DNA of 64,000 bases, taken from Schmidtea polychroa. Lineage: Eukaryota. The position numbers and the translations under genes are program-made. Location: contig CM097885.1 of the NCBI GenBank assembly GCA_044892525.1, forward strand, positions 17,114,001 through 17,178,000, read 5' to 3'. How positions within the stretch are numbered: the stretch's first letter is position 1; each line of letters begins with the position of its first letter. The notes beneath the pieces are model-generated. The model was not told the origin of the DNA. It did not search any database and was given only the letters and a program-made list of their open reading frames with translations. Positions 33,652-55,329 of the stretch are shown here, piece by piece.

Positions 33652-33806
33652 ATTTGTTTTGAATGCTTCTTATGTCTATAGAAACAAACAAATAATTATG
33701 TTTTGTATTCTATGAAATTTTGCGATATTGTTTATGAATATGCTAATAGGTTTTGCTGTTGGATTTTTATTTTTTATTAGTATATTTAGATTTGATTCGA
33801 TATTAA

Positions 33807-33951
33807 CCGTTTGCGGAGGGTATGTCAGCATTACTGGCCACGAATTTTGTTCCAGACGTTCTACAATGTATAACGATACCAGGCATTTGTATACTAAAAG
33901 GTTTTGTGGTAAAAAAAAATATTTATTAAAATTAATTCCGTCCGCAAACGG
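33807..33951. mobile_element. piggyBac MITE in the probable KLF 3' UTR
   Basis: Perfect 11-bp TIRs CCGTTTGCGGA / TCCGCAAACGG with TTAA on both sides. Confidence 0.9.
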
Positions 33952-34490
33952 TTAAAACCTTTAAATGAACAGGGATGCTATTTAGCCATGAAAAGAAAAG
34001 TAAAAAGAATATTGAAAAAACTTTAGATATATTAAGAAGGACAAAGAGAACTAACTGAAAAAAAACTTTGTATGATTTATTATTTGGAAAAGTTTACTGA
34101 AATAAAAAATTGACTATTAAAACTTGTTAAGGCTGAGTAAGTGTGTCAGGCACACCATTTCCATTTTGAATTTGCTATAAGCTAACAATTTGCACGTCAT
34201 ACTAGTGTGGCAGGTTTGGTGATTGATCACACAAAAAAAATTTCCCAGTCTTTCTGACTGTATATAAATAATAAATGTGTAAATGATTCGAATGCCATAA
34301 AAGTTTATCTATTTATAATAGAATTAATTTATAAATGGTGTATTCGACGATGTATAAATGTAAAAGTTTATATCAAAGTAAAGTACTTTGTAAAACATAT
34401 ATTTGCATTCATGACTTTGTTAAAAAAAATACGGTAGAAAAATTGAAAAATTCTCATTAAAACCCAACATTCAATTACATCTATTTACAA

Positions 34491-35244
34491 CAGTGTTGCC
34501 TACTTTGGAAAATTCTTGATCCGGACATTGAGTTAAAAAATATTTTGGAACATGAGAAAAAGAAAATCATTGGAACACGAAAAGAAGTTTTTATTATTAC
34601 AATTAAATAATATACAAAATGGATTGCTTCTTAAAAAGCAGGAAAATGTAATAAAATGTAAATTTTATTTTTAAAAATGTATTTTATATTGCTCAGTGCT
34701 GCTTCTAAAAGCTTTTTATTTCCTGCTAACATAGCCAGAAATTTGCCACATTTTATTTTTAAATTGTTACAAATTAATATTTCGGCTTTAACATGATTAG
34801 GCGTTAAACGGTTCCTTTTATCCTACCGCAACGAACCCATTACTGAAAAAAATCGTCCGACGAAGGAATTACTGGTGTTAATGCTGAATAAAAATTCCAT
34901 TAACTTCCTCAGTATTTGCGCCCACAATTGTCTATTGCTTTTTTCGTTCTTTTTCTTTTCGGTGAAATATACGTGTTGTACAGAACAAAATTAAGAAGAA
35001 GAGATTTGGTAATACCTACAATAATTTCGCTGTTAATTTGAAATGATTTTAAATTAATCGCGAAATAAATTAATATAGTTAACCCAATTTAAAATATCTT
35101 GTGACAAATAAATTATTTAGTTGACGACAAAGTGTCAGTCCAATCCAGATAAAATACGGACATTTTTGGGTTTCGCCTGGACACCCGGACGCACGTTTCA
35201 AAACCCGAAATGTCCCGGTGAAACCCAGAGAGGTGGCAAAACTG
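34491..35244 (-). mobile_element. Non-autonomous hAT element
   Basis: Ends CAGTGTTGCC...GGCAAAACTG with 8-bp TSD ATTTACAA on both sides. Transposase remnant SNSFVGRFFSVM...DKRNRL...VKAEILI on the minus strand. Confidence 0.88.
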
Positions 35245-36081
35245 ATTTACAACTATCTATTACATTTAATTATTATTAATTTAAAATTTGAAAAAAGTTA
35301 AAGTGATCATAGTAGCAAATTTTCTTCAAATTCTAAAAACGTCTATAAACGGAGAGTAATGGCGTTTAGTTAAATAATGTAGCTCAATCATAAAGACTGT
35401 ATTAGACGAAATCATATTGATCAAGAATTTTGTGCTAGATTTTCAAGTCCATGGTATCGAAATGCTTTATTTTTTGGATGATTAAAATTAAATTTATGTA
35501 AGCAAGGAAATTTATTTGCTTAAATTTTAATTCATTCATCATTGGAGCAAATAAAATTATATTAAAAATTAATAAAGAAAAAATTTTTGGTTAATTTTTA
35601 AAATTAAGCCCGAGCCCTACCCGAACCCGAATGAAATGACAAAATATCGGCCCGGTCCGATCTCGCGCAGGTCTCTGGTGTACACTACCTGAAGCAAGCA
35701 CACATACATGCTAGTGGTATGCTGTCAGATTCACTGAACAATACACCCGGATTAAATTGCATCTATTAAAATAAAACAAAAATATATTAATAACATTTTG
35801 TATTAAAAATGATTTTCTATCATATTAATTAAAATTCTGTAAGAACTAAAATAGTGAAATTTAGATAACTCCTTAATTTTACATTTAATTTTAATTAACA
35901 TAAAAATTATTATAATTAAATATTAAATTTATTGAAAGAATCTTATTACATTAAGATCATTAATAGTTATGATCATTACATTATGATCATTACCACTATA
36001 ATGTAAATATTAACTCATTATATTAATTATAGTAATAATATTTATAATCATAATACAGAATAAATTATATTATTTTACTAG

Positions 36082-36268
36082 TTAAAACAATAAAGTGATA
36101 ATTAAAGCTTTTTGCTGCGCATAATGTATTATAATGAAAAGATTTTCGACTATAAGATAATCCTTGTCAATCGATTGAGATTGACAAGGTCTATTTTATA
36201 GTCGAAATTTTTTTCATTAAACACATTATTCGCAGCAAAAAGCTTAAATTATCATTTTTTGTTTTAAA
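36082..36268. repeat. Foldback (long imperfect palindrome), MITE-like
   Basis: Arms of ~90 bp (...aagctttttgctgcg...ccttgtcaatc / gattgacaagg...cgcagcaaaaagctt...) around a 6-nt spacer. Confidence 0.8.
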
Positions 36269-36269
36269 T

Positions 36270-36959
36270 CAGTGTTTCCCAAACCGGGGTACGCGATGGA
36301 TTTTTTTGGGGTACGCAGGCCTTTTCAATCTTCTATTTTCTAAATATTAAAAAATAAATAAAAAAAATTTAATTAGATTAAAATGTCTTATTAAAATTTT
36401 ATTAATACAGAAAAATATAAATATAATCTTGTTTTTTATTTATTGTTTATATTTTCTTCAGATGTTTCTTGAAAAATAAGCATATGAAATGCTGTTTGCC
36501 ATCATTATGGTTACACCTACAATCAACATATCCTTCTTTATCAGAAAAGTCCCTGAAATGTATCTTTCCTTTTCCAACAACATATTTATGTGAAGTTGCT
36601 TTTTCTACATATGTAGATATTAAATCGAAAAAAAGAAATAGGCTTTTAGATGTTGAATCTCATCTAAGATTAAAATTAACCAACAGAGAACCAAATTATG
36701 ATGAATTATTATCTCAGCATAAGCAATTTCATCCTTCTCATTAATTACAATAAATTAAGTATAGTATTTTTTATTTTACAATATTTCAGTTATAAAAGTA
36801 TTTAATTTTTCATTAATGCTATTAATTTAAAGGTCGTATATTTTAAAAAAGATATAATAAAAAAATTTAATCATTAAATAAAATTTTAAAGCAAAGTGGT
36901 ACATTATATAATGAAAATGATCAAGTTGGTAAGCAGTACCAAAATTTTGGGAAACAATG
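36270..36959 (+). mobile_element. Non-autonomous hAT Buster element
   Basis: TIRs CAGTGTTTCCCAAA / TTTGGGAAACAATG; 8-bp TSD TTTTAAAT (central TA); internal FPTTYLCEVAFS...KKRNRL...QFHPSH (36469-36744). Confidence 0.93.
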
Positions 36960-37536
36960 TTTTAAATAATAAATGCTGCTACCAAGAAATCATCACTTTA
37001 TATTGTACTAGTTAATTTCTAAAATATTGTTTTTTACACTCCTTCAAGTAGCAATATTTTAAAAAATATATTCAATTTTAAAGGAAATAAACTTAAGGTA
37101 ATTGAAAAATAACTTATTAAAAAAGAGTTTTTCATCTTCTCAAATTAATTTATTTTGAACAGTAAATTTTTAAATAATTACATTAATTACGAAAAAATGA
37201 ATTTTTAGATTTAAATTAAATATAAAAGTTTATTATCAAAATGAATAACTTATAATTACTGAGAGATGTAAAATAAAATCTAAATTAATAATAATAATTT
37301 TTTTTCAGTTTTATTATTAGTTATTGTTATTAAATATTTGTAGCCGTATTTAATTCAATTTTGAAATTAATCAAATTGACTGAAGAAAAATTTAGAACTT
37401 ATTGTTTTAAAATGCAATAATTTAAATGGAAAATATTTTTGTTAAATAAAGTTTATTTAAAAGTATTCATTTATTTTTATTTTATAGGGTTTTTTTTACA
37501 GTTGTGAAATTGAATACGATATAATCGTGGCTAACA

Positions 37537-37628
<92 letters not shown>

Positions 37629-37629
<1 letters not shown>

Positions 37630-38441
37630 TTTTCGTCTAAAACAAATCAGAAGAATCTTTTTGTAATTGATCGTATCGCACGCTTTATTTTTACACAACC
37701 ATTGTTTATCAAACCATTTAATGTGTCCAATAACTTGAGATAGAGCCATGATTGAATTGGAAACATTGGATAATTGTTCAACACTTTGGCGAATAAACAT
37801 TTGAATTGAGTTGATCTTTTTAAGAGCGCGATTAAATAGAATATCATATTCATAAGTTAGCAAGTTTATCTTTTTATCGCTAATGTCATAAATGATTTCA
37901 GATAATTCACGAATATCTTTAAATTTTTGGGGAATTTTCATAAAAATATCTTGGAGTTCCTCTTCTGTCATTTCATGATTTACAGAAATTAAATCGTTGA
38001 TTTTCAATCGTTTTGATAAACTTCCATTAATAATCTTCGCTATATTGCTCATTGAAATATAACATATCAAACATTCACTATCTTCCCTATTTCATTTCAG
38101 AATACAAAAAATCTAAATCCGCAAGTTCGTTTAAAACAATTTCTCTTTCAGCAGAGAACAAATCAATTCATTTTTCCAGAATTCAAATCTGGCATAAAAA
38201 CTAATCTTTTAAACAAAGACTTCTTCGAACCAAAATAATAATCCATTTTAATCTACCATTCTAAAACTCAAATCAAAATTAAAACCTATCATATCAAAAA
38301 AACAACCTACTTCTCGCGTCTGTGTGCGCACATCAACAAGAAGCGTTTTAACCATACCGCGCACACAGACGCGATACAAAAACCACCAAACAAGCTGCCA
38401 GTCAGAGGTAAATGACATTCCCCCTCTGACTGGTCGAAACA
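37629..38441 (-). mobile_element. BEL/Pao-related LTR fragment plus unknown ORF, embedded in an (ATT)n array
   Basis: Starts TGTTTC at 38441 and carries the same 16-bp hairpin arms as the BEL LTRs at 55.5 and 56.6 kb. (ATT)n on both sides (37537-37628, 38442-38705). Confidence 0.6.
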
Positions 38442-38705
<264 letters not shown>

Positions 38706-39869
38706 GCCATTCGTACATCTTTTTCACTATATATTTCGATAGCATCACTATCATCATCAGGTTACCTACATTCACGACGGATGAATATATATATACTATA
38801 TTGATAATATATAAACAAATTATAAAATATATAAATTTTTAAATTATAAATAACAATTTTAAACAATTATTTTTAAAAATATTTTTTAACAATAAATTAT
38901 TTTAAACTTTTAAAATTATTTAAGAATATTATTTTTTTTTAATTATTTAACATAACTATTATTAATATACATCAACATACAAAAACTTAATTAACAAAAA
39001 GATCAAGCTTCTACATGTTTGAATGATGGCAAACTAATACGAAGTCACTAGGACAAAAGAATAAAATGTAACATTTGGACTTTTCATTTAAAACAAACTA
39101 TTCCAATTTTCCTTATCTGGTGAAGACCTTCAGGTTAAAGGTCTCATGAGAAATTTCATGTTATTAAAATTATTCTTAGTGATATAATTATCCATTTTAC
39201 CTCACATTCTCTAGAAATTCAACATATTAATTTCAAAAAAGATCATTGCTATATCCTTTCTGAATATGAATGATCTGAATTATTTATATAGACATTATGA
39301 AGGCGAACGTAACAAAACAAAAATTATATTTTACATTAGATATTGGAAAAGAAAAGTGAAATATAAATCGGACGATTCAAACAAAAATTAATTCCGATAA
39401 TTTTCTTTCTCACTAAAAGTGTTTAATAGATCACTTTGACCGAATCAAATAACAAAAACTTTAAAATTGTCCAAATTATTTAGAAGCCGTGGAAAATATT
39501 CATTCACAATTGGAGGAGTTTGGAAATTCTGAAAATCTGAGGATTGCGATAATTAATTCATTGAATTACGAAACTTTCCGGTTTCAGCTTTCTCTAGCAA
39601 CCTTTGCCAAACGTCGCACTGCGTTGTGAAATATTCATTTAATCCCAGTTAAGCTAGAAATTTGCAAAAAAATAATATATTTGACACCTCATTACCAGAT
39701 TGGGAATCTTTATGGAGAATAGTTTAATATTTAGCTAGATTATTTTTTTCAATTATTTAGAGTAATATTTTACTTAAAATAATATCTTTTATAGCGTAAA
39801 CGAAATATCAAAATTAAACCAATAAACAAGAAGCAGTTTTTGTTATTAAAACAAATTGGTAGAAATTTA

Positions 39870-40018
<149 letters not shown>

Positions 40019-40373
40019 AATATAATTATTATTATTATGAAGAAGATTTGAATATTTTTGAGTGTTTGCATTACTTTTATTATAGGAATATTTATTTGGA
40101 GAATTGGAGAATTTATATTCTATAACTAATTGAGGGGCAATACCAAAATCATAGAATTTTGACGATTTCCTTGCGTGTTGTGATGATAGAAAATTGACAA
40201 TCATCATGTTTGATAGTGAAACCCATTGCTAATTGAGCTCTGCAAAGTTTCTAAATCTTCTTATTCATCTTTATTATTAATAGATTCCACTGAGAATATA
40301 TGTATGGCAGTCATATTCTTGGTTAGGACTTAATTTTTGATGATTAAAATTTAAAGCAGAATAAGGCTTTAAT

Positions 40374-40475
40374 TAGGCTTGCCAGCTTCCTGTTTTTGCC
40401 AGGAGTCTCCCGGAATCGGCTTTTGTCACCCGTCTCCCGGCTAACTATGACCCGGGAGATGTAAATCTCCGGCCT
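40374..40475. mobile_element. hAT-like terminus
   Basis: TAGGCTTGCCA start with CCCGG subterminal repeats; no partner end seen. Confidence 0.4.
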
Positions 40476-40518
40476 TTCCTTTTAACAATATTTTACAATT
40501 TTTCAAGAAAAAAGTGCA

Positions 40519-40594
<76 letters not shown>

Positions 40595-41220
40595 GATACT
40601 GAAAAATCTGCAAATGATTTAGGAGGTAAAATGATCATTTTCCAGATTTGTGGGATTTTTGACAGATATCATTTTGTGAACATATATTGCTGATGAAAAG
40701 ATTTATTGATATATTCGACAATTAATTTTTGAAATCAATTCGTAACTTTAACAATAACATTTCATCTAATTGACTGTTTATTTTGAAATTTTATCTTGAT
40801 GCCAATATTTTTGTGTATATTTATCGTTTTAATGATAATTTATAATGATTATATTATTTATTCTGCCCATTTTAGGTAATGGAAAATTTGTTGATTTTGA
40901 TGAACAGTAGATATTATTGTTTATGCTCTTCCCATAACTCTACATACAAGTGCAGTTTTCCAATTTAAAGTATGCATTTAAAAATAGAATTATAAACATA
41001 ATCGAACCTCCGGTGTTACGCTGTTATATAAATTAGCAAGTTGTGGACAACCGGTAATTTACACGGAGTCGATGGTGTTAATCTTAAAATCTTTTTATTT
41101 TCATATATTTTACCATTAAATGCATTTTATAATTTTTTACGAATGAAATTTGAATAAATTTACAAATAAATTTTGTTATATTAATTTAAATATAGAATAA
41201 ATATAAAGTGATTACTTAAT

Positions 41221-41449
41221 CCTTTTCCTGGTTTAAACATATATACTCGCACCTGATTATGGTAAACATATTGCGCATTCAAATCTTAAGGATGGATTTT
41301 TAAATTTTAAAAAAATGCTAACTGCTCTACACGAACAAGCTCGTTGCATCGAAATTCGTCAAACTATTCAACACGAATAAACAAGCAACCACTGAAATAT
41401 GAGCGCACAGCGAGCACAAAATCTTAAAATATGTTGCGCAGCGAAAAGG
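41221..41449. mobile_element. Degenerate piggyBac-like MITE
   Basis: CCTTTTC...GAAAAGG followed by TTAA. Confidence 0.45.
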
Positions 41450-41454
41450 TTAAA

Positions 41455-42000
41455 AAGTGTTCCTTGAAACTTCTAGAAAAATTAAATACATCATCAACAT
41501 TAACGAAGCAAAATGTTTGTGATTCTCTGAGGATGCTGTGGATTTAAAGTTTTATCTTAGAAATATATGGGAAACGTTTTGTAGCTCAAAAGGCATCATA
41601 TTGTACTGAAATAGTTCAAATGGAGTGATTATTCCTTTGTCTATGCCTTGACCATATCAAGTTTTTTAAAATATTTGCTTCCTTATGAATTCTCGGATGT
41701 GAGTATTTGTCTGGTATTGTATTATTGTTGTGGAGTCTGTAATCGCCACACGGTCTCCAGTAATCGCTTTCCAAATTTGTTGTCCTCCTGTAATTATTTG
41801 TTGGATATCGAGTACAATTTCTATGTTAAAATATTGTCGATTTCGGGATCCTTGTCAGTGCTTTGAGCGAATTTAAAATACTCTTGTTTTTTCAGTTGAC
41901 TAGTAGGTAGTAGTGAGATAAGAAATCCGTACCGATAATGGGTTTATTGATATTTGCAACCTTTAATTTCAAGTGTGAATTTTTGTCTCCATAATAATTT
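41455..42000 (-). pseudogene. Heavily deleted Ty3/gypsy pol remnant (protease end and RT)
   Basis: Manual translation: KPIIGTDFLSHYYLLV, WRPCGDYR, IPDKY, ITPFELFQYNMMPF, VNVDDV. Confidence 0.75.
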
Positions 42001-42439
42001 ATAATTGAATTATTGACTCTGATAATTTTTAATGATTTTAATAATTTCAGAAATTAATAATTGTAATATTATTGAAAACCGATAAATGAAAAGAAAACAC
42101 TGTGAAAACATTTATTTTTTCGATAAATATAGACATAAGTCAATATTACATATAAAAATCAACTAAATTCTATCGACATTTACACCTTGAGAAAATAATA
42201 TAAATTTATTTTTTCGGTACCAGAAATATTTACATAAACAAGAACGGATAAGAAATGCCAAAATAGATCTGCCTCCCTAGAAATAATTGATAATAATAAT
42301 AATTGACAAACAAATATTGGCCTAAAATAAAATCTCCTTATAAAGAAATAAAGTTCCCAGATAATATATAAAGATATGTATTGATATAGATCACAAAATA
42401 CTGATTGATCCGAGTGATAGGAAAGCTTCAAAATGCCCA

Positions 42440-50390
<7,951 letters not shown>

Positions 50391-51209
50391 TTTAAAATCT
50401 GCGGGTGACTATAAATAAAAACTGTTGTTAAGTTGTATTACTTTAAGAATAGATAAACAAATAACACTAAAATATTTAAATTTTAATTTCTACATATATA
50501 TAACAAATGACATAAAATTCAATTAGAGTTATCAAAGTGTTATATTGAATACGTTTGTAAATTTTTAGAAATTAAATTGAATTAAATTGAAAAAATTAAA
50601 TTTAATATAAAATTTCTATTTCAAATGCAAAATGTTGTTATTAGATTCATTTGTTATTTTGAGATTTAACTTATTTTGAAAATTAAATATAAATAATTTG
50701 GGATAACTATTATAATAATAAGCAAAAATTAAATGTGAAAAAGTAAGCATTTCTACTATGTGTTTACAGTACAATGACATATTCTGAAGACAAGAGATTT
50801 CAAAATTAATCAGTCTTCATCAGTAACTTTTTTTAGATTAAATGGTTTCAGTCATTCATTTTTTAATACATTTAGAATCAAAATTACTCTTTAAATAACC
50901 ATTTTGTGAACATTGTATTTACTTCTCCACAGCATCTATTGTCTTATATATTTCTGAAATTTTTCTTGACAATTTCTAATTCAGTGAAAATTAAAGATTT
51001 TTGTATTTTATATTTTTGATGATAATTATTGGTACAATATTCGGATTTAACATTTATTAGTATTTTATTATTTGATGTTACTATCTGAAGCAACAATCAA
51101 ATAGTCTATGTACAATTTACTACATCTCGAAACTACATCTGAAAATGTTTTCGTTAAATCATCCAATGAGGCGTTTCTTAGCTTCTTTTGGAAAGTTTGG
51201 GAAAAGAAC

Positions 51210-51310
51210 TCTTCGCGTCTTCTGCATTGTACTGATGTAAGCCAAAAGCTCGAAACTAGTCTACTATTGGGATATACACTTGGTATCACAAAGCGTGTGC
51301 TGTTTACATT
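51210..51310 (+). ncRNA. Degenerate copy of the 43.5-kb hammerhead region
   Basis: tcttcgcgtc...CTGATGt-aAGCCAAAAGCTC-GAAACTAGTC-TACTATTGG...ggtatcacaaagc; core mutated. Confidence 0.7.
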
Positions 51311-51321
51311 AAACAACTACA

Positions 51322-51543
<222 letters not shown>

Positions 51544-54500
51544 TTATTCATAAATGCCAATTGTATTGTAATTATAAGTGATATTTATTATTCATACTCA
51601 AATATTTGTAAAATTAAACAGACTCAAAGTTCAAATTTCCAGTAGTTGAAATGACTGAAACCCCCTATTAAGCTCACTAAATATGGTAAGAAATGTGTTT
51701 GAATATTAATTGTGAATATATTGTGATCAAAGTTCAAATGAAAATGTTATTTAATGAAAAATAATTTATTTTATTTTCAATTTTAATTTAATAATAATTT
51801 AGATTTACGAAATTTGCGTAGTCTAAAACGAATATTACAATGAGATTTCAGGCTTATATGATTTCTGCAATTGTGGTATTTGCTGGATTACTTTTCCGTG
51901 TCTCTTTCAGTGCTCCTTTGACAAATAATGCAAGAATACTAAATAACTATCATATCCGGTTGAGGAAGTCCATTTCAAGTTGGTCATTATTTAAGATATT
52001 TAATTTAAAATATCAAAAAACCAGAAATCTTTCAAAGGGTTTTGAATCAAATTTGTCAGTGATGAGATTTGGGTAATAAAGAAAGAACGATATCCAGGAA
52101 TCTTATTTACAAATAAAATTATTTTTTCTGAATATAATTTTTTTTAAATTTTTAATTTCTTATGTCTCATATTTATTAAAATATATAATGATTTATATTA
52201 TATTTATAGTACGTAACAGATTAAGAGAGGCCTCTTGAAGTACAATTGAAAAGTTTTAAAGTAGAGATTCCATCTTAGCTTGATTATATTAGAAAGGATT
52301 GAGAAATAAAGCTCTTATTTATTAAGTGGCTCATGTTATGAGAGATATTAATGCCAAGTGCGTCTGAAAATTGAAGTTTTATTTTAATTAAAATAAATTT
52401 AAAGAAGCAAGAGTTTAATTTAGCACCTGTCATTAATTCAAGTCCACTTGATTATCAAAATTTATTCAAAGCACTAATTGCTAAATAATTCGCATTATTC
52501 GAACAACCGATTTAAATGGCGAATTCATTAATTTAATAATAATGATAATTATGCGTACCAGCTTCATTCTCATAATATTTTTAACATATAATAATATTTT
52601 CTACTTATAATACAATATATATTTTATTTATAAATTAGTAATTTAAATATCCCTAACAGTACCTACTTCAGTTTTAAAGTTTTACAATATAAAATTATTT
52701 ATTAGCTGAATTATTTATTAAACAGTCTCGATTCTGCATTATTTACTTGCATTTTAGGGTTTCATGATAAAACGAAACACCTAAGTCTTCGAGAGTCATT
52801 TTGGGAGGTCCGGCATTTTACTTTTATGACCCGATGCAAGTTGTAACTCACTAGTTGATGCTGAATTATCTAATTACTTTAGCTTTTAGGTACCCGTTCG
52901 CACTTAGTATTATTTAAATGTTCTAAGGTTTCTGATAAATTTGCCATCAGCTCTTCTTTAAACAATCAATAAAATCAGGTGAGATTCATTGCTAGAATTA
53001 CTCTTTATTGCATTTTACTTTTGGATAAATGACTGTCAATGTATTACGAATGTATTACGTCGCTTTATCATTATGGAATCTTTCTTGTTCAGTTAGATAG
53101 ATATAATTGTTTAATGTTATTCAATGTTACTTCCAAAAAAATTTGGTAATCGCTTTGCTCTTAGTTAAGAATATTAGATGATGTTTACAGTTGATAAACA
53201 ATTAAAAAATTATAGAAAATAATAAACATTTTACTGCTAAATTTTTGCAGATGCTCATCTCAAAGCTGGATAACATAAACCCTTTCTCCCACAGCTCTTT
53301 CTTAGAAAAACTAAAATGCGTTTAACATTCCAATACATGCAATGTTCATAGTCAACGAGCACTGTCTAATCTCAATTTCCAAGGTGGTTCTAGAATTGAA
53401 CATTTAGTTTCAAAGTAGGTTTCAGCAAGTCTTTTCAGTAATTTCCTTAAATACATCAGTCTTGGGTTATATTTCTGGCAGTAAAAAAAATTAAAAATCA
53501 TACGTGAAAAAATAAAAAAAGTAAAAGCAAATCTGAAAATTTAATGGCATAAGATTAATTTGTCTCCCATAAGATTTTATTCGTCCACGTTAATTGGAAA
53601 ACTGGTTTTATTAACTTTAATGTTGTTGACCTGGCATGAATTATGATGATATTTAAATTTATGAATAGTACAATCATGCAATTTAAAAATATAATACGAG
53701 TATTTATTAGGATTATAGGATTTACATAGCGTTTTTTTAAATATTAATTTTTTCTTAAATTTTTTTCTATGCATACTGTTCGAAAGCTCTGGATTTGTAA
53801 TACTAAAGTAATAAAAATTATAAGTGAAAAAATCCGGATGAAATATGAAAATTTGTTAAGGAATAGAATTGATAGCAAAGTAAAATAAAAATATAAAAGA
53901 AGTGCGTAATTTAAAGTAGCAAGCATCAAAATGTGAATTTTCCACTTATTTCAGTTTTATGTATAAATAAATTAGAACTAATTAAGGATTTCAAAACTAT
54001 GGTATTTACTAAATTAAATGAAACCACAAATTGTTTTAATTTTGAACAACAATGAAAAATAAATAGACTCTGAAATGAACCATTTTTAAAACTTGCTATA
54101 ATATATATGTAAATATTGCAGTTATGAAAGTCATTTTTTGGTAACTGCTCTGTTTTACAACATATAAAGTAAGGGTTAATTATATTATTTATTTATTTGA
54201 ATTTAGTAACTTTTATTTAAAAGGAATTTTTAAATTTATATGCTTTGATTGCTTCAAAGAAATTTAACAGCTTTCGGGCAAATATATATAATTGTTAATA
54301 TTGATTTTTTTTAATTTCTTGCGAAAAAAGTTTTGTTGATAATTAGAATTTGCGGTATAGTTGAAACGTTTAATATTTATATTGAAACTTTTGAATGACT
54401 GGAATTAAGCAAGTTTTAATTGTTATATTTGCTAAAATAACAGGGAATCTCTGCCCAATTGTTTCAAAGACTCAAATAACCTTAAGGATTACGAGTTATC

Positions 54501-55329
54501 CACTCTTCATCAGTCGAATTTAGTAATAGCAGTACATAGAAATTGTTTATGTGTATACTTAATACGAATTTCCTTATAACAAACTGTACCTTAGATCAGT
54601 TCAACTTATATGTAAAAGTTCAGTTATAAGACACGAATCAGTTTACTTATAATACATAAATTTTAATCAGTCTCACATATTAACCTTGTACACAAAATTT
54701 AGTAAATTGTGTTATTGAACTGTAGTTATTACTATTTAAGAGATTGTTGTGCTTGGAATTACTAAGTTTGTTACCCCTGTTAATATTATTTTATTAAAAT
54801 TAGAGAAATCACTAGACTTCTCAATATATTGTTATTATTCTTCCCATTATCATAGTAAAGTTTCAGATCCATTTTTCCCTCATTAATAAATAAATTATTA
54901 TTATACATTTCATCATCATTATTGTTTCCATTAAATATGTGATTTGTTACTGATTTTTATTATGTAATTATTGAGTTATCCGTCATGCCGGTTAATATTT
55001 TGTTATTAGCTTTCTCATTATCCTAGTAAAAATTTTATATTCCTTTATTCCTCATATTAATTGATAAATTATTATCGTACATTTCATTACCATTATTGTT
55101 GCACTTAAACCTGTGAATCGTTGATAATTTATAAGCCCTCTTATCACTTCAAAATTTTAAACTATAATTTTATCATATAGCACCTTAATAACCAAGTTTG
55201 AGAAGGATCTGATACCGTTATGTTTTTAGATTACATCTTACTATAATGAATATGAAAGGATTAATTTTAAGCCTATATTACAGATTTACATGCTAATGTG
55301 GGGAATATTGGGCTAATAAATATTAATTT

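Noticed and set aside
38960..39760. Possible LINE ORF2 C-terminal remnant (similar impression at 7120-7450)
   Set aside because: No diagnostic motif is recoverable by eye.
50785..50826. CTGATGA...GAAA on the minus strand
   Set aside because: Stems I and II do not pair convincingly, so it is not called a hammerhead.
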